Positions 7,544 to 17,441 of a stretch of DNA of 64,000 bases are shown here, one piece after another; the stretch's first letter is position 1; each line of letters starts with the position of its first letter. The DNA comes from an uncultured virus (IMG/VR IMGVR_UViG_3300020445_000001) (lineage: Duplodnaviria; Heunggongvirae; Uroviricota; Caudoviricetes). The stretch lies in the IMG/VR virus record IMGVR_UViG_3300020445_000001, one strand, 5' to 3'. The notes under the pieces were generated by a model. It made no database searches, was not told where the DNA came from, and was given only the letters and a program-made list of their open reading frames with translations. Both the position numbers and the translations under genes were made by a program.

Positions 7544-8953
7544 TTAAATTAACCTCTTAGGGTTGGGTGGTAGATTATTTGAATAAGGTTTAGTCACACT
7601 ATCTTTAATGACTGTCGCTTGTATAGTATGTTTTTTAGGATTACCAAAATCAAAAGTGTGTCTTAATCTTGTTATAACATATCTACCAGTTAGTCTTTCA
7701 TCATATAATTCTTCATCTTCATTATCTGAATCAGTTTTTGCTTTATATACATTCAATCTTATTACATCTGAAGCCTGTATTGATAAGTTACCCACCATTT
7801 CAATAGTCATACCCATTCTATCTAAAAATGCCATTTTATGATTTCTAGATAACAAATGATCACTTATTGAGGATTCCTCAAAAGGATAAATTGTATTTGG
7901 GTAAGGATTGATATTGTGGATTGAACCTTTTGGATTATTAAATCCAGAAGAGGATTGTACAGACAAATAAGAATCGTGAAAGTCTTCTACTGTTTTTCCA
8001 TCTTCATCTACTGGACTTGATATTGGAAATACTGGATAACCAGTTTCACCAATACCACTCTCTATATCATTTTTTTTGGAAAACGCATCAGAGTATCTAA
8101 ACTTTAAATCGTGATAAGTTTTATTGTATATATCGTGTAACAACATTCTTGAAGAATACATTCCATTCATTGTGTTTAACAGTACACTATTACTTATACT
8201 ATGGTCACTTTCTACTTGTCCTAATTGTCTAACTATATTTGCTTCTAATTGAGATGATTTAGATGGTTTATTATCATAAGTATCTGATGCACCTAATGTA
8301 AATGTTGTTTTAGTATTTTGTCTATTAATCATATCAAAAGATAAAAAATGCAAACCTTTACTAGTTTCAAAAAACACAAAAGGTGAGTCTTTTTTTGTTT
8401 TAGCTCTTTGTGCAATCATTTGTATTGCAGTTAAAGGTCGTAAATTAGGAATCACCACTCTCTCTAAACCAACACTATCATCAGTTAAAAATCTTTTATT
8501 ACTACCTAAAAATTGTTTCTCTTTTACTAATCTACGAACTATTTCTGACATATTACCAGAAAAACTTTGGGATATTCTGGTTCTAGAATTTCTCATATAT
8601 TCTCTTGATGCAAGAGTTAATGTAACAAATTTACCTTGCCCCTCATTTTTTTGTGTTACTGATGTAACGATAAGTGGGTCTGTTGTGAAATCTATTGAAA
8701 TATCTTCGGTGGAGGGTGTAACTAATTTTAAGTAACAAAATTCATTACCTACAATACCATTATTTAATACCAAATCATTTGTATCTGCAAAAGATATGTT
8801 TGCAGTCATAAAACCTTGCATTATATCTTCATACACACTTACAATACTTAATATACCTTCAAGGCTCACATCAGTTCCGTGATGTGTTTTAAGTTTACAT
8901 TCTTCAACTTCAAATGTACCACTATAATTGTATTGACTTAATCCAACAGACAT
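7544..8953 (-). CDS. baseplate hub protein (gp27-like)
   Basis: Follows gp53; SVYEDI, FFET..G.HF and LTGRYVITRLRH motifs typical of hub proteins. Confidence 0.7.
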   Translation of the reverse strand: MSVGLSQYNYSGTFEVEECKLKTHHGTDVSLEGILSIVSVYEDIMQGFMTANISFADTNDLVLNNGIVGNEFCYLKLVTPSTEDISIDFTTDPLIVTSVTQKNEGQGKFVTLTLASREYMRNSRTRISQSFSGNMSEIVRRLVKEKQFLGSNKRFLTDDSVGLERVVIPNLRPLTAIQMIAQRAKTKKDSPFVFFETSKGLHFLSFDMINRQNTKTTFTLGASDTYDNKPSKSSQLEANIVRQLGQVESDHSISNSVLLNTMNGMYSSRMLLHDIYNKTYHDLKFRYSDAFSKKNDIESGIGETGYPVFPISSPVDEDGKTVEDFHDSYLSVQSSSGFNNPKGSIHNINPYPNTIYPFEESSISDHLLSRNHKMAFLDRMGMTIEMVGNLSIQASDVIRLNVYKAKTDSDNEDEELYDERLTGRYVITRLRHTFDFGNPKKHTIQATVIKDSVTKPYSNNLPPNPKRLI

Positions 8954-9486
8954 TATTTATCACTTTGTAATAAGGTTCTTAATTCTTTCCTAATTTGATT
9001 TACGAATTCTTTTCTTACTAATCTTATTTTACTTCTTTCAGTTTGTAAATTTTCCTCATACTCTCTGTTTGTTACTTCACTTACTGTATCACCACTATGA
9101 CCAGTAGAGTCTAAACCTATGTTTATCTTTGTTGTTGTATCACCAGACTTTTGACTAATTTCATAATGATGAGTTCCAAGTGGACTTGCATATTTGTCTT
9201 TTATATAATCTTCAAATCCTCTAACACTCATAGGCCATTGATGGTATCTATCAACTATATTATTTGCATATAACACTAACCAATGTAATTCTGCACTACC
9301 ATAAAAATCATATGCAACATCTTCTGGTTTTTCGCCTGGTTTAACTTGATAAAAATCATATAGTAAAATATTATCTTTTACTAAATCATTTATCTTAACT
9401 CTTCTTAATATGTGTGTGAATAGTTTTGGATTATCATCACCAACTACATCATATACTAATGTTTCAAAGTTCTGAAAGTATGCCAT
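8953..9486 (-). CDS. gp53: baseplate wedge subunit gp53
   Basis: MAYFQNF...GEKPEDVAYDFYG...HWLVL..N...WP (LysM-like). Confidence 0.9.
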   Translation of the reverse strand: MAYFQNFETLVYDVVGDDNPKLFTHILRRVKINDLVKDNILLYDFYQVKPGEKPEDVAYDFYGSAELHWLVLYANNIVDRYHQWPMSVRGFEDYIKDKYASPLGTHHYEISQKSGDTTTKINIGLDSTGHSGDTVSEVTNREYEENLQTERSKIRLVRKEFVNQIRKELRTLLQSDK

Positions 9487-10721
9487 TAAAAACCCCTTGC
9501 GAGTACATTATTCTGTGTTACTATTTCTAGTTCTTTAAATTGAAGTGTCATTTCTGTTTGCACTGGTGGAGCTTTCATACCGTCTGGTGCTCCTGCCTCT
9601 GCCATAGATGGGTCAAATGTTTGATATCTGTCACCACCGTATTTTACATTCATATTTTCTAATACACAAGTTGATATTTTATTAATGTATTCATTTTCTT
9701 TACCATCATTCATCATATATTTAATATCAAACACATCTGGTGTAATAAATGTTCTTGATGTTGTTACATCACCAGCAATTTCTGGTAACATATGAAACTT
9801 AAATCTTCTTACAATATTATAAACTGCTTTTGCTTCTTGATAACTTTTTGGTAAAAATTTAAAATTAAATGAAAAACTTCTTTTTGCTAAACCAGAAAAT
9901 ATTAATTCTAATCTATTGTTAACTGCCTTACCAGACCTACCAAATAATATCGCTTTAAAACCAGGCGCCATTGTATCTATCGTACCAATCGCAGCTTTCT
10001 CAATTAAATTATTTTTTCTAAAAACATCATCAAATGCCTTAGTTAATTTTTCAGCAGTATCACCTTTGGTAGTAATAAATTCATCAACTGCACCAGCAGC
10101 AGTTTTTGCACCAAGTCCAATATTCTCTTCAGTATATTGTGGTGCATATGTAACCTCAACAGACGGTGGCATAAACAATTTTATAAGACTTTGTAGTCTA
10201 CTTGTCGGTGCTCTTGCAAATGTTTGGTTTCTAATTCTTGCACCTTGTTTTTGAACTCTTTTAACTTCTGCCGCACCACTAATGAATGGATTAAGACCTA
10301 ACTCTTGTGCAGCTCTACTTGAATTTCCAGACTCACTTGCAGCTTGTGCTTTCTGTGATAATGCTGGAACTAAAGTAAACACAGAACCATTTTTACTTAC
10401 AACAACATCTCTTGCAACAGCAGAGTTACTTATTAATGAACTGATACCAACTACTTCATCAGTCGTTTCTTTAGGTAATTCACCAAATTTAATTGAACCT
10501 ACATCTTGTTCTAATATTTCAAATTGAATATGATGTCCAGCTGGTGTTCTACCACCATCATTACCAGCATTTAATGGATATTGTAAAATCTCTTGATTGA
10601 ATTTACTTTTTCTAGTGTTTTGGTCAAGACTCACTCTTTGTTTAAATGGGTCTGCATCAAAATCATTTGTCAAACCCTCAGTTGAAGGTTTCCCCATTGC
10701 AATGTCTTTATAATTAACCAT
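9486..10721 (-). CDS. gp48: baseplate tail-tube cap gp48
   Basis: LFMPP, RSFSFNFKFLPKS..EA and LQFKELEI motifs; synteny with gp53 and gp4. Confidence 0.85.
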   Translation of the reverse strand: MVNYKDIAMGKPSTEGLTNDFDADPFKQRVSLDQNTRKSKFNQEILQYPLNAGNDGGRTPAGHHIQFEILEQDVGSIKFGELPKETTDEVVGISSLISNSAVARDVVVSKNGSVFTLVPALSQKAQAASESGNSSRAAQELGLNPFISGAAEVKRVQKQGARIRNQTFARAPTSRLQSLIKLFMPPSVEVTYAPQYTEENIGLGAKTAAGAVDEFITTKGDTAEKLTKAFDDVFRKNNLIEKAAIGTIDTMAPGFKAILFGRSGKAVNNRLELIFSGLAKRSFSFNFKFLPKSYQEAKAVYNIVRRFKFHMLPEIAGDVTTSRTFITPDVFDIKYMMNDGKENEYINKISTCVLENMNVKYGGDRYQTFDPSMAEAGAPDGMKAPPVQTEMTLQFKELEIVTQNNVLARGF

Positions 10722-10728
10722 ATAAATA
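10721..10728 (+). promoter_or_regulatory. T4-type late promoter TATAAATA
   Basis: Exact consensus 6 nt before the gp4 start. Confidence 0.8.
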
Positions 10729-10733
10729 TTCCT

Positions 10734-11186
10734 ATGAGTTATAGTGGTCGTTTCATTCCCTCTGATACTAAAAAGTATAAAGGTAATCCTACTACTATTT
10801 ATTACAGAAGTTTGTGGGAACGAAAATTTATGGTGTATTGTGATAAAAATCCTAGAGTATTAGAGTGGGGGTCAGAAGAACTGATAATACCTTATTTTTT
10901 ACCAACAGATGGCAAATATCATAGATATTTCCCAGATTTCTATGTCAAAGTCAAAAGAGCAGATGGTAAATTAAAAAAAATGATAATAGAAGTCAAACCT
11001 AAAAAATATACTGTTGAACCTAAAATACCTAAAAGAAAAACAAAATCGTTCATAAAAGAGGTTTACGAGTGGGGAAAGAACACTGCAAAATGGAAAGCTG
11101 CAAAAGAATATTGTAGAGATAGAAATATGGATTTTGTAATATTGACTGAAGACCACCTCAATCCCACTTATAAATATAGTAAATGA
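10734..11186 (+). CDS. gp4: head completion nuclease gp4
   Basis: YRSLWE, WGSEE..IPY, HRYFPDF and IEVKP motifs. Confidence 0.93.
   Translation: MSYSGRFIPSDTKKYKGNPTTIYYRSLWERKFMVYCDKNPRVLEWGSEELIIPYFLPTDGKYHRYFPDFYVKVKRADGKLKKMIIEVKPKKYTVEPKIPKRKTKSFIKEVYEWGKNTAKWKAAKEYCRDRNMDFVILTEDHLNPTYKYSK
11169..11176 (+). promoter_or_regulatory. T4-type late promoter TATAAATA
   Basis: Exact consensus before gp2. Confidence 0.75.
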
Positions 11187-11692
11187 GTATATTTGACGAA
11201 ATATCAAAGTTAAGGAAAAGTGGTAAAGAACCATACCAATGGTATCGTAATCGTATAAAAGAACTCGGTACACCATCTCAATCACAACTTATAAGAGATG
11301 GAAAGATTACTGGTAGAGTTAACTTTGGTGCGTTGAATATGTTTATATATGACCCTAAATTGAAAAACAAACTACCATATTATGATACATTTCCGTTGGT
11401 ATTACCAATAGAAAAATATAGAGATGGTTTCTTAGGAATAAATTTTCACTATTTACCATATGCGTTGAGGGCCCAACTATTAAGTCGTTTAGACCCAAAT
11501 GCAAATTATAGTGCGTTGAAAAAAGTAAGACTTATTAAACCAACTTTAAAAAGATACTTAAATAGTAATGTTAGAAGTAGATTTAGGAAATTAGAAGAAG
11601 AAGATTTTATGACTGCAATTATGTTACCAGTACAGAGATTCAAGAAATCATCTGCAAGTAAAGTGTGGTCAGATAGTAGGAAAGCAATCTAA
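11183..11692 (+). CDS. gp2: DNA end protector gp2
   Basis: YDPK.K..LPYYDTFPL, GINFHYLP and VWSDSR motifs. Confidence 0.93.
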   Translation: MSIFDEISKLRKSGKEPYQWYRNRIKELGTPSQSQLIRDGKITGRVNFGALNMFIYDPKLKNKLPYYDTFPLVLPIEKYRDGFLGINFHYLPYALRAQLLSRLDPNANYSALKKVRLIKPTLKRYLNSNVRSRFRKLEEEDFMTAIMLPVQRFKKSSASKVWSDSRKAI

Positions 11693-12486
11693 TGGTATTT
11701 TCATTAAGAGATTTTAAAAGTTCTTTATATGGTAGAGAACAAGCACAACAAAATAGATTTGAGATATTTTTAAAGTGTAAATTATTTACTGGTGAAAGTA
11801 ATCGTTATGTTAGTTTAAGAGCAGAAAATTTACAGTTTCCAGGCAGAAGTATTCGTTCTGCACCAGACGATAACATATACGGCCCACCAAGAGAACTACC
11901 TCAAGGTGTTGGTCAATATGCAACATTACAAGCAACATTTTTATGTAATGCAGATATGTCTGAAAAAAGATTCTTTGAAATGTGGATGAAAAACATTTAC
12001 AATCCAGTAAATCACAATTTAAACTATTATAATAATTACATAGGTGAACTAGATATATTTCAAATGGGTAAAGGTAGTAATACAGTTATACCATTTAATT
12101 TCTTTGCATTTACTGGTGCAAAAGAAGAAAAAACCAGTTATGGAGTTTCAGTAAAAGAGGTTTGGCCTAAATCAATTTCACCTCAAGATTTAAACCAAGC
12201 ATCTAGTGAAATTCAAAGAGTAACCGTTGAACTTGCATATAGAGAGTGGCATACTATCAAAGAAGAAGGTGTTGATGATAGTATTGCAGATAAGAGTTTA
12301 AGGTTGAGAGGGTCGGATATATATATTGGAGATGATTCCAGATACAGTATCATAAGTCCTAAAGGTGTTCTTTATGATATTCTTGGTAAATCTGGTGCAT
12401 CACCTACTGCGATTGCAACCGCTGGTTCAGCCGCAGATATAATCACTGGTGGTGTTGGTAACACTATCGGTAAATTTGTTAGATAA
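11692..12486 (+). CDS. tail tube initiator / tail tube-like protein (gp54/gp19 family)
   Basis: FPGRS, FEMW, WPKSI and V.LAYREW motifs of tube-fold proteins; synteny. Confidence 0.75.
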   Translation: MVFSLRDFKSSLYGREQAQQNRFEIFLKCKLFTGESNRYVSLRAENLQFPGRSIRSAPDDNIYGPPRELPQGVGQYATLQATFLCNADMSEKRFFEMWMKNIYNPVNHNLNYYNNYIGELDIFQMGKGSNTVIPFNFFAFTGAKEEKTSYGVSVKEVWPKSISPQDLNQASSEIQRVTVELAYREWHTIKEEGVDDSIADKSLRLRGSDIYIGDDSRYSIISPKGVLYDILGKSGASPTAIATAGSAADIITGGVGNTIGKFVR

Positions 12487-12497
12487 AGGAGTACATT

Positions 12498-13208
12498 ATG
12501 GCTTTGCCAAAATTTGAAGTGTCAACTTATGACATAAAACTACCAATTTCTCAACTAGATGTTAAATATAGACCATATCTAGTAAAAGAAGAAAAGAACC
12601 TTATGATTGCCAATGAAACTGGTGAACAAAGAGATGTAATTAATGCAGTAAAAAATCTTATAGAGAATTGCACTAACAACACTATAAAAAGTGGTGTAAT
12701 ACCTATGGCAGATTTAGAGTATTTATTTGTAAATATTCGTGCAAAATCATCTGGGGAAATGACTAAAGTTTCTATAAAATGTCCAGATGAAGAAAATACA
12801 TATGTGACAAAAGAAGTTAACCTTACTGATTTGGTGGTAGATAAACCTTTACCAGATAGTAATTTAGTTAGACTAGATGATAAGATTTCAATAGAATTTA
12901 GATATCCATCTATTGATGATTTATCACACTTGAAAGATTTTAAAAGTCCTACTTTGGAAGACTTATTTAAAATTATTATAAATTGTGTGCATAGAGTAAT
13001 AGATGGTGAAAAGGTGTATGAAAAAACAGACTTTAATGAAAAAGAAACTAAAGATTTCATTGAAAGTTTGTCTTCTGCACAATTTAACAAAGTAAGAACA
13101 TTCTTTGATAATATACCAAAATTGTATAAGGATGTTGAAATTAATAATCCAAACACTAATGTTTCTTCAAAAGTTAGATTGGAGGGTTTGAATAGTTTTT
13201 TTACATAG
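12498..13208 (+). CDS. gp26: baseplate hub assembly protein gp26
   Basis: MALPK...YRPYLVKEEK, DLEYLF..IRAKS.GE and LEGL.SFF motifs. Confidence 0.92.
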   Translation: MALPKFEVSTYDIKLPISQLDVKYRPYLVKEEKNLMIANETGEQRDVINAVKNLIENCTNNTIKSGVIPMADLEYLFVNIRAKSSGEMTKVSIKCPDEENTYVTKEVNLTDLVVDKPLPDSNLVRLDDKISIEFRYPSIDDLSHLKDFKSPTLEDLFKIIINCVHRVIDGEKVYEKTDFNEKETKDFIESLSSAQFNKVRTFFDNIPKLYKDVEINNPNTNVSSKVRLEGLNSFFT

Positions 13209-13393
13209 CTCTTTCTCACGATACTCTTGAGAACCATTTTAAAACAAACTTTTCATTTATGCAACATCATAAATACAGTTTGTCCGAATTAGAAAATATG
13301 GTGCCTTGGGAAAGAGAAATATATGTTGGACTATTAAACGAACATATAAGAGACGAAAATGAACGACTTAAACAACAACAACAAAATAACTAA
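13205..13393 (+). CDS. gp51: baseplate hub assembly catalyst gp51 (conserved region begins without ATG; probable frameshift product)
   Basis: Hand-translated IALSHDTLENHFKTNFSFMQHHKYSLSELENMVPWEREIY; first ATG only at 13259. Confidence 0.85.
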   Translation: MALSHDTLENHFKTNFSFMQHHKYSLSELENMVPWEREIYVGLLNEHIRDENERLKQQQQNN

Positions 13394-13715
13394 AACAGTT
13401 GACCCAGAGGTCGCTAAAAAAGATTTGAATGGTGATGGACACATCACTCAAAAAGAATTGGAGATGGATTTGGAATTTAAAAGAAAAGAATTAGAAGATG
13501 CAGATGCCCGTAGAGATGCAATGAGAACAATGACTTGGTTCGCATTGTTGGGTATGTTGTTTTATCCTAGTGGTATATTAATTACTGCAATGTTAGGACA
13601 AGACACAGCTGCAAAATTAATCGCCGATATTGCACCAACATATTTTGTTGCAATCTCAGCACTAGTCGCCGCATATTTCGGTGCAAATGCATATGCAGAT
13701 AAAAAGAGAAAATAA
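13359..13715 (+). CDS. two-TM membrane protein with EF-hand-like DLNGDG motif (holin-like)
   Basis: DLNGDGHITQKE followed by two TM helices and a basic C-terminus. Confidence 0.7.
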   Translation: MNDLNNNNKITKTVDPEVAKKDLNGDGHITQKELEMDLEFKRKELEDADARRDAMRTMTWFALLGMLFYPSGILITAMLGQDTAAKLIADIAPTYFVAISALVAAYFGANAYADKKRK

Positions 13716-15427
13716 TGGCTGACATCACTTCAAGAGACTTTCAAGAACTTATCAAAAGACAAAAAGAAACTACTGATAGTCTACAAACTATTATTCAACA
13801 GAATGATAGAGGTGATGATGCTGGTGAAAGATTAAAAGATGCATTACCAGAAATAATTAATGATACTAGACTTGCAGCTCAAAGAGAATCTTTTGATAAA
13901 AAAGAAGGTATTACTGAAACTGATAATCTTCAACAAGAAACAACAGACGAAGTAATAAAATTACAAAAAATACAAACTCAAGGTATTGATGAAACAAAAG
14001 AACAAAAAGAAGAACAAAGTGAATTACAACAACAAATTATAGAGGCGAATAAAAAGGGGTTTTTAACTTTTGGTGAAAGAATAAAATTCTTTGCATTGGG
14101 TATAAAAGAGTCTGTTACAAAAAGTAACGAAGATAAAAAAGATGAAAAGAGAGACCGTAGTAAACTATTAACATCTGTTCAGAATCTTGGTAAAGGTATA
14201 TTAGGTGCTATAACATCACCAATAGAAACTACATTTAAAAGTATAGGTGCAATTTTAAAAAATTTATTGACTGGTGGTCTTTTATTGGCTGCACTATTTG
14301 GTTTACAAAAATTTATTAATAGTCCTATGTGGCCTAAATTTCTTGAGGGATTGGAAAAGACTATCCGTGCAACCATAGAAATGACAAAAACATTTTTTAA
14401 ATATGTTGGAGATTTGTATGCAGTATTTCAAGAAGAAGGTTTAGGTGGTGTTGCAAAAAAATTATTTACTGATGCAAATGATAAGTTTGGTGGTTGGACA
14501 AAAGGTTTTCTTATTACTTTAGGTGTAGCAATCGCTGCCTTTGGGGCTGCAATCATTTTTGCGATAAAAACTGCAACAAGTATGGTCAGAGGACTTGGTG
14601 GAATGATGGGTCTTGGTGGTAAAGGTGGTAAAGGTGGTAAAGGTGCAAAAGGTGTTAAACCAGGCGTTGGTGGAAAATCAAAAATGGAGATGTCTGGGAA
14701 AAAACAAAGTATTAAACCAGACAAACCATCAAGAATGCCTGGTTTAAAAAATGTTGCAAAAGGTGGTTTAAGAGTTGGTGCTACTGCACTTAGAGCTGCA
14801 GGGCCAGTAGGATTTGCACTTGGTTCTGTGGCTATTTCAGCAACAGATGCAGTATCAGCATTTGGTAATGCAAATGAATTATTTGGTAAAGAGGCAAATA
14901 ATTTTCAAAAAATATTAGCAGGGGGTGCTGGTGCTATTGAAGGTTTTACTTTTGGTTTAATAAAGGCAGAAGATTTAATTGACACACCTGGCGATAAGAT
15001 TGAAAGATATGCGAAACAAGTTGAAAAGAGTCAACTTAGTTTTGAAAAATTTGAGAAGTTTCAACAAAAAAGATTAGAAGCAGGTGATATAACTCAAGAA
15101 CAATTTGATAAACTCATTGAACAAAAAAGAGTTGCTACTGTTGAGAGTATGAAAAGAAACAATGAAAAAATTAAAAAAGTGATGGACGAGAATAATAAAA
15201 TTCTTGAAAAAACTAGTATAAAACAAGTTGAAAAAATAAATGAGTTAGTTGAACTTATGAAAGATAATAAAAAATTAGTTGCAGAAAAAGAAAATCAAAC
15301 TGCATCATTTATGATGGCTGGTGGTAACACTAATATTACAACTAACCCATCTGAACAAACAATAGTTATGGATACAAAAATTACAGATAGTTTTCATACT
15401 CAAGTTGTAAGACAACAATTTGGTTAA
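13715..15427 (+). CDS. tape-measure / baseplate hub gp29-like protein
   Basis: Long helical Gly/Ala-rich protein with coiled coils and hydrophobic segments, downstream of gp26/51. Confidence 0.7.
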   Translation: MADITSRDFQELIKRQKETTDSLQTIIQQNDRGDDAGERLKDALPEIINDTRLAAQRESFDKKEGITETDNLQQETTDEVIKLQKIQTQGIDETKEQKEEQSELQQQIIEANKKGFLTFGERIKFFALGIKESVTKSNEDKKDEKRDRSKLLTSVQNLGKGILGAITSPIETTFKSIGAILKNLLTGGLLLAALFGLQKFINSPMWPKFLEGLEKTIRATIEMTKTFFKYVGDLYAVFQEEGLGGVAKKLFTDANDKFGGWTKGFLITLGVAIAAFGAAIIFAIKTATSMVRGLGGMMGLGGKGGKGGKGAKGVKPGVGGKSKMEMSGKKQSIKPDKPSRMPGLKNVAKGGLRVGATALRAAGPVGFALGSVAISATDAVSAFGNANELFGKEANNFQKILAGGAGAIEGFTFGLIKAEDLIDTPGDKIERYAKQVEKSQLSFEKFEKFQQKRLEAGDITQEQFDKLIEQKRVATVESMKRNNEKIKKVMDENNKILEKTSIKQVEKINELVELMKDNKKLVAEKENQTASFMMAGGNTNITTNPSEQTIVMDTKITDSFHTQVVRQQFG

Positions 15428-15612
15428 TTTTCTGGTATTTTTCTGGTACTTTTCCCTCTACACATATAGACAGGCAATTCCTCACCATCAACCTCTTCAA
15501 TCTTTACTAATATCAATTCACTAGTCCACATTACTACTGGACTCTTGTATGGCATTGAATGTCTCCACCTAGATTTTACTTTAGGCCAACGAGTCCATTT
15601 AAATTTTTTCAT
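15424..15612 (-). CDS. hypothetical protein
   Basis: ORF convergent with the tape-measure gene. Confidence 0.5.
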   Translation of the reverse strand: MKKFKWTRWPKVKSRWRHSMPYKSPVVMWTSELILVKIEEVDGEELPVYMCRGKSTRKIPEN

Positions 15613-15616
15613 TGAA

Positions 15617-15700
15617 TTAACTTGTTATGAAATCAATTATGGTTAACAATGTAAAAAGAAATATAACAAATAGATAAATCCAAAACCAATGATTTCTCAT
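15617..15700 (-). CDS. putative small membrane peptide (27 aa, MRNHWFWIYLFVIF...)
   Basis: Hand-translated hydrophobic ORF filling an operon gap. Confidence 0.4.
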   Translation of the reverse strand: MRNHWFWIYLFVIFLFTLLTIIDFITS

Positions 15701-15723
15701 TAATTTACTCAAAATATTATCTT

Positions 15724-15954
15724 TCATTCTAATACTCCTATGGATCTTAATGGTAAAGGTTTACCAAGACTATCACATATAAGTTCGCCTTCAACAGAAC
15801 CAGACATTATACCTTTACCACCATCACTGGTGAAACGAACTGGTTTGACCTCTTTACCATTTAACATTCTTTTGCGATTATGTATTTTTTCTTTTGCAAA
15901 TGCATTTCTATTTCTACCACCCATTTTAATGTCCCATAGCTTTCCAGATGACAT
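15724..15954 (-). CDS. hypothetical protein (start may be MGGRNR)
   Basis: ORF in operon. Confidence 0.6.
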   Translation of the reverse strand: MSSGKLWDIKMGGRNRNAFAKEKIHNRKRMLNGKEVKPVRFTSDGGKGIMSGSVEGELICDSLGKPLPLRSIGVLE

Positions 15955-16372
15955 AAAATACTACCCATAGGGAACATAATGCACCTAAACCTATACAAAT
16001 CCACATAATCATTTCTTCTTGCTTTTTCTTTGCAAGTGCTATTGCTTCTTTTCTTTTTTTTCTTATCTCTGCTTGTATTCTTAAAACTTCATTCCACGCA
16101 TCAGGCCCGTGATTCATATTCACGAAAGTTCTGAGTTCTTGTTCCATTGCTGCGATTTTCTTTTTGTGTGCAAAGACTTCAAGTGCTTCTTCTTCAACAC
16201 TCATACCATTTTTTTTTGCTACTGCTGCTTCTTTATTTACAGTTTCACAACTTGTCATCCACCTACCTATGTCTCCATACATAGATTCCACATCTCGGCC
16301 GATTTCAAATCCTTTTTTGATTGCACTAAAGGCTGCTGTTGCAGCTCCAAATGCTGTAATTGGGTCTACCAT
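15926..16372 (-). CDS. hypothetical protein with C-terminal TM
   Basis: AGGAG RBS and late promoter upstream. Confidence 0.8.
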   Translation of the reverse strand: MVDPITAFGAATAAFSAIKKGFEIGRDVESMYGDIGRWMTSCETVNKEAAVAKKNGMSVEEEALEVFAHKKKIAAMEQELRTFVNMNHGPDAWNEVLRIQAEIRKKRKEAIALAKKKQEEMIMWICIGLGALCSLWVVFYVIWKAMGH

Positions 16373-16394
16373 ATTTGCCTCTCCTACTCACTAC

Positions 16395-16402
16395 TATTTA
16401 TA
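16395..16402 (-). promoter_or_regulatory. T4-type late promoter TATAAATA
   Basis: Exact consensus. Confidence 0.75.
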
Positions 16403-16416
16403 AAAAACCGTGTGGA

Positions 16417-16452
16417 TAAAAAAAAGGGTGTCACAATAAAGTAACACCCTTT
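16417..16452 (-). terminator. rho-independent terminator after gp32
   Basis: AAGGGTGTTAC-loop-GTGACACCCTT followed by a T-run on the minus strand. Confidence 0.85.
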
Positions 16453-16475
16453 AAATAAGGAGAAACAAAGGAAGT

Positions 16476-17366
16476 TTAGGCTTCTTTTGCTAATTTCTGA
16501 AAGTAATCTAAACTATCATCACTCTCATTAGAAGTTGTTTTGACAACATTGTCTACATAAGACTTGTCATCTCCATCAACTTCTGTCTTAGGAAGTTCTA
16601 CATCAGCTGCAGAACTTGTTGTTGATTGAGTTCCACTTAGAACATCGTCAAGACGATTTTTGAGTTCATCATAAGTCTTAAAGTTAGATGGTGAATTAAA
16701 CTCTTTTAAAGAGTATTCTGTCTTCCAAATCTTATCTAATTCGGAATCATCTTCGTTTAATTTTGATGGACTATCAAACTCTGACTTGTCGTAGTTCCAG
16801 TATCCGTCAACCTTTCTGATTTTCAATTTGAAGTTTGCACCTTCCCAGAAATCAAATGGATTTACTGGAGTTTCATCTTCAAACTGAGGTTGTAAAGCTT
16901 CCATCAATTTATCATAAATTTTCTTACCATATCTGAATAAGAAAACTTTACCTTCATTTTCTGGATGCTTTGGGTCAGACACTACATATATGTTTGAGTA
17001 GTATTGTAGTTTTCTCTTTTGTTTTCTAGCGATTTCTTTATCACTTTCAACACCAGAGTTCCACAGTTTAGAATTGTATTCTGAAACTGGGTCTTTTTGA
17101 TTTAATGTAGTTAATGAGTTTTCAATGTACCACTTACCAGTTGGCCCTTGAAATGCGTGATTCCAAAGTTTTGCCCAAGGCATATCTTCACCATCTGGTG
17201 CAGGCAGAAAACGAATAACTGCATAACCATTACCAGACTTATCTAGTTCTGGTTTCCACAATCTCTCATCTACATATGATTGTTTTTCTACTGGTGCATT
17301 TTCTGATTCAACTGCAGCCAGTATCTTGTCTAAAGAATTAGACTTTTTTAAAGTATCTAATGACAT
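16476..17366 (-). CDS. gp32: single-stranded DNA-binding protein gp32
   Basis: DKSGNGYAVIRFLPA, WYIENSLTT and YWNYDKSEF motifs; acidic tail. Confidence 0.97.
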   Translation of the reverse strand: MSLDTLKKSNSLDKILAAVESENAPVEKQSYVDERLWKPELDKSGNGYAVIRFLPAPDGEDMPWAKLWNHAFQGPTGKWYIENSLTTLNQKDPVSEYNSKLWNSGVESDKEIARKQKRKLQYYSNIYVVSDPKHPENEGKVFLFRYGKKIYDKLMEALQPQFEDETPVNPFDFWEGANFKLKIRKVDGYWNYDKSEFDSPSKLNEDDSELDKIWKTEYSLKEFNSPSNFKTYDELKNRLDDVLSGTQSTTSSAADVELPKTEVDGDDKSYVDNVVKTTSNESDDSLDYFQKLAKEA

Positions 17367-17441
17367 ATTATATCTCCGTATGTTATTATATGTTTTATAT
17401 GTTATTTTATTTCACTTAATCATAATATAATGTTATTTATA
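17367..17441 (-). promoter_or_regulatory. gp32 late promoter and A-rich repetitive 5' leader (putative autogenous operator)
   Basis: TATAAATA at 17441-17434; AACATA repeats before the GGAG RBS. Confidence 0.65.

Noticed and set aside
14615..14655. GGTAAAGGT tandem repeat
   Set aside because: Encodes a low-complexity GGKGGKGGKG linker typical of tape-measure-like proteins
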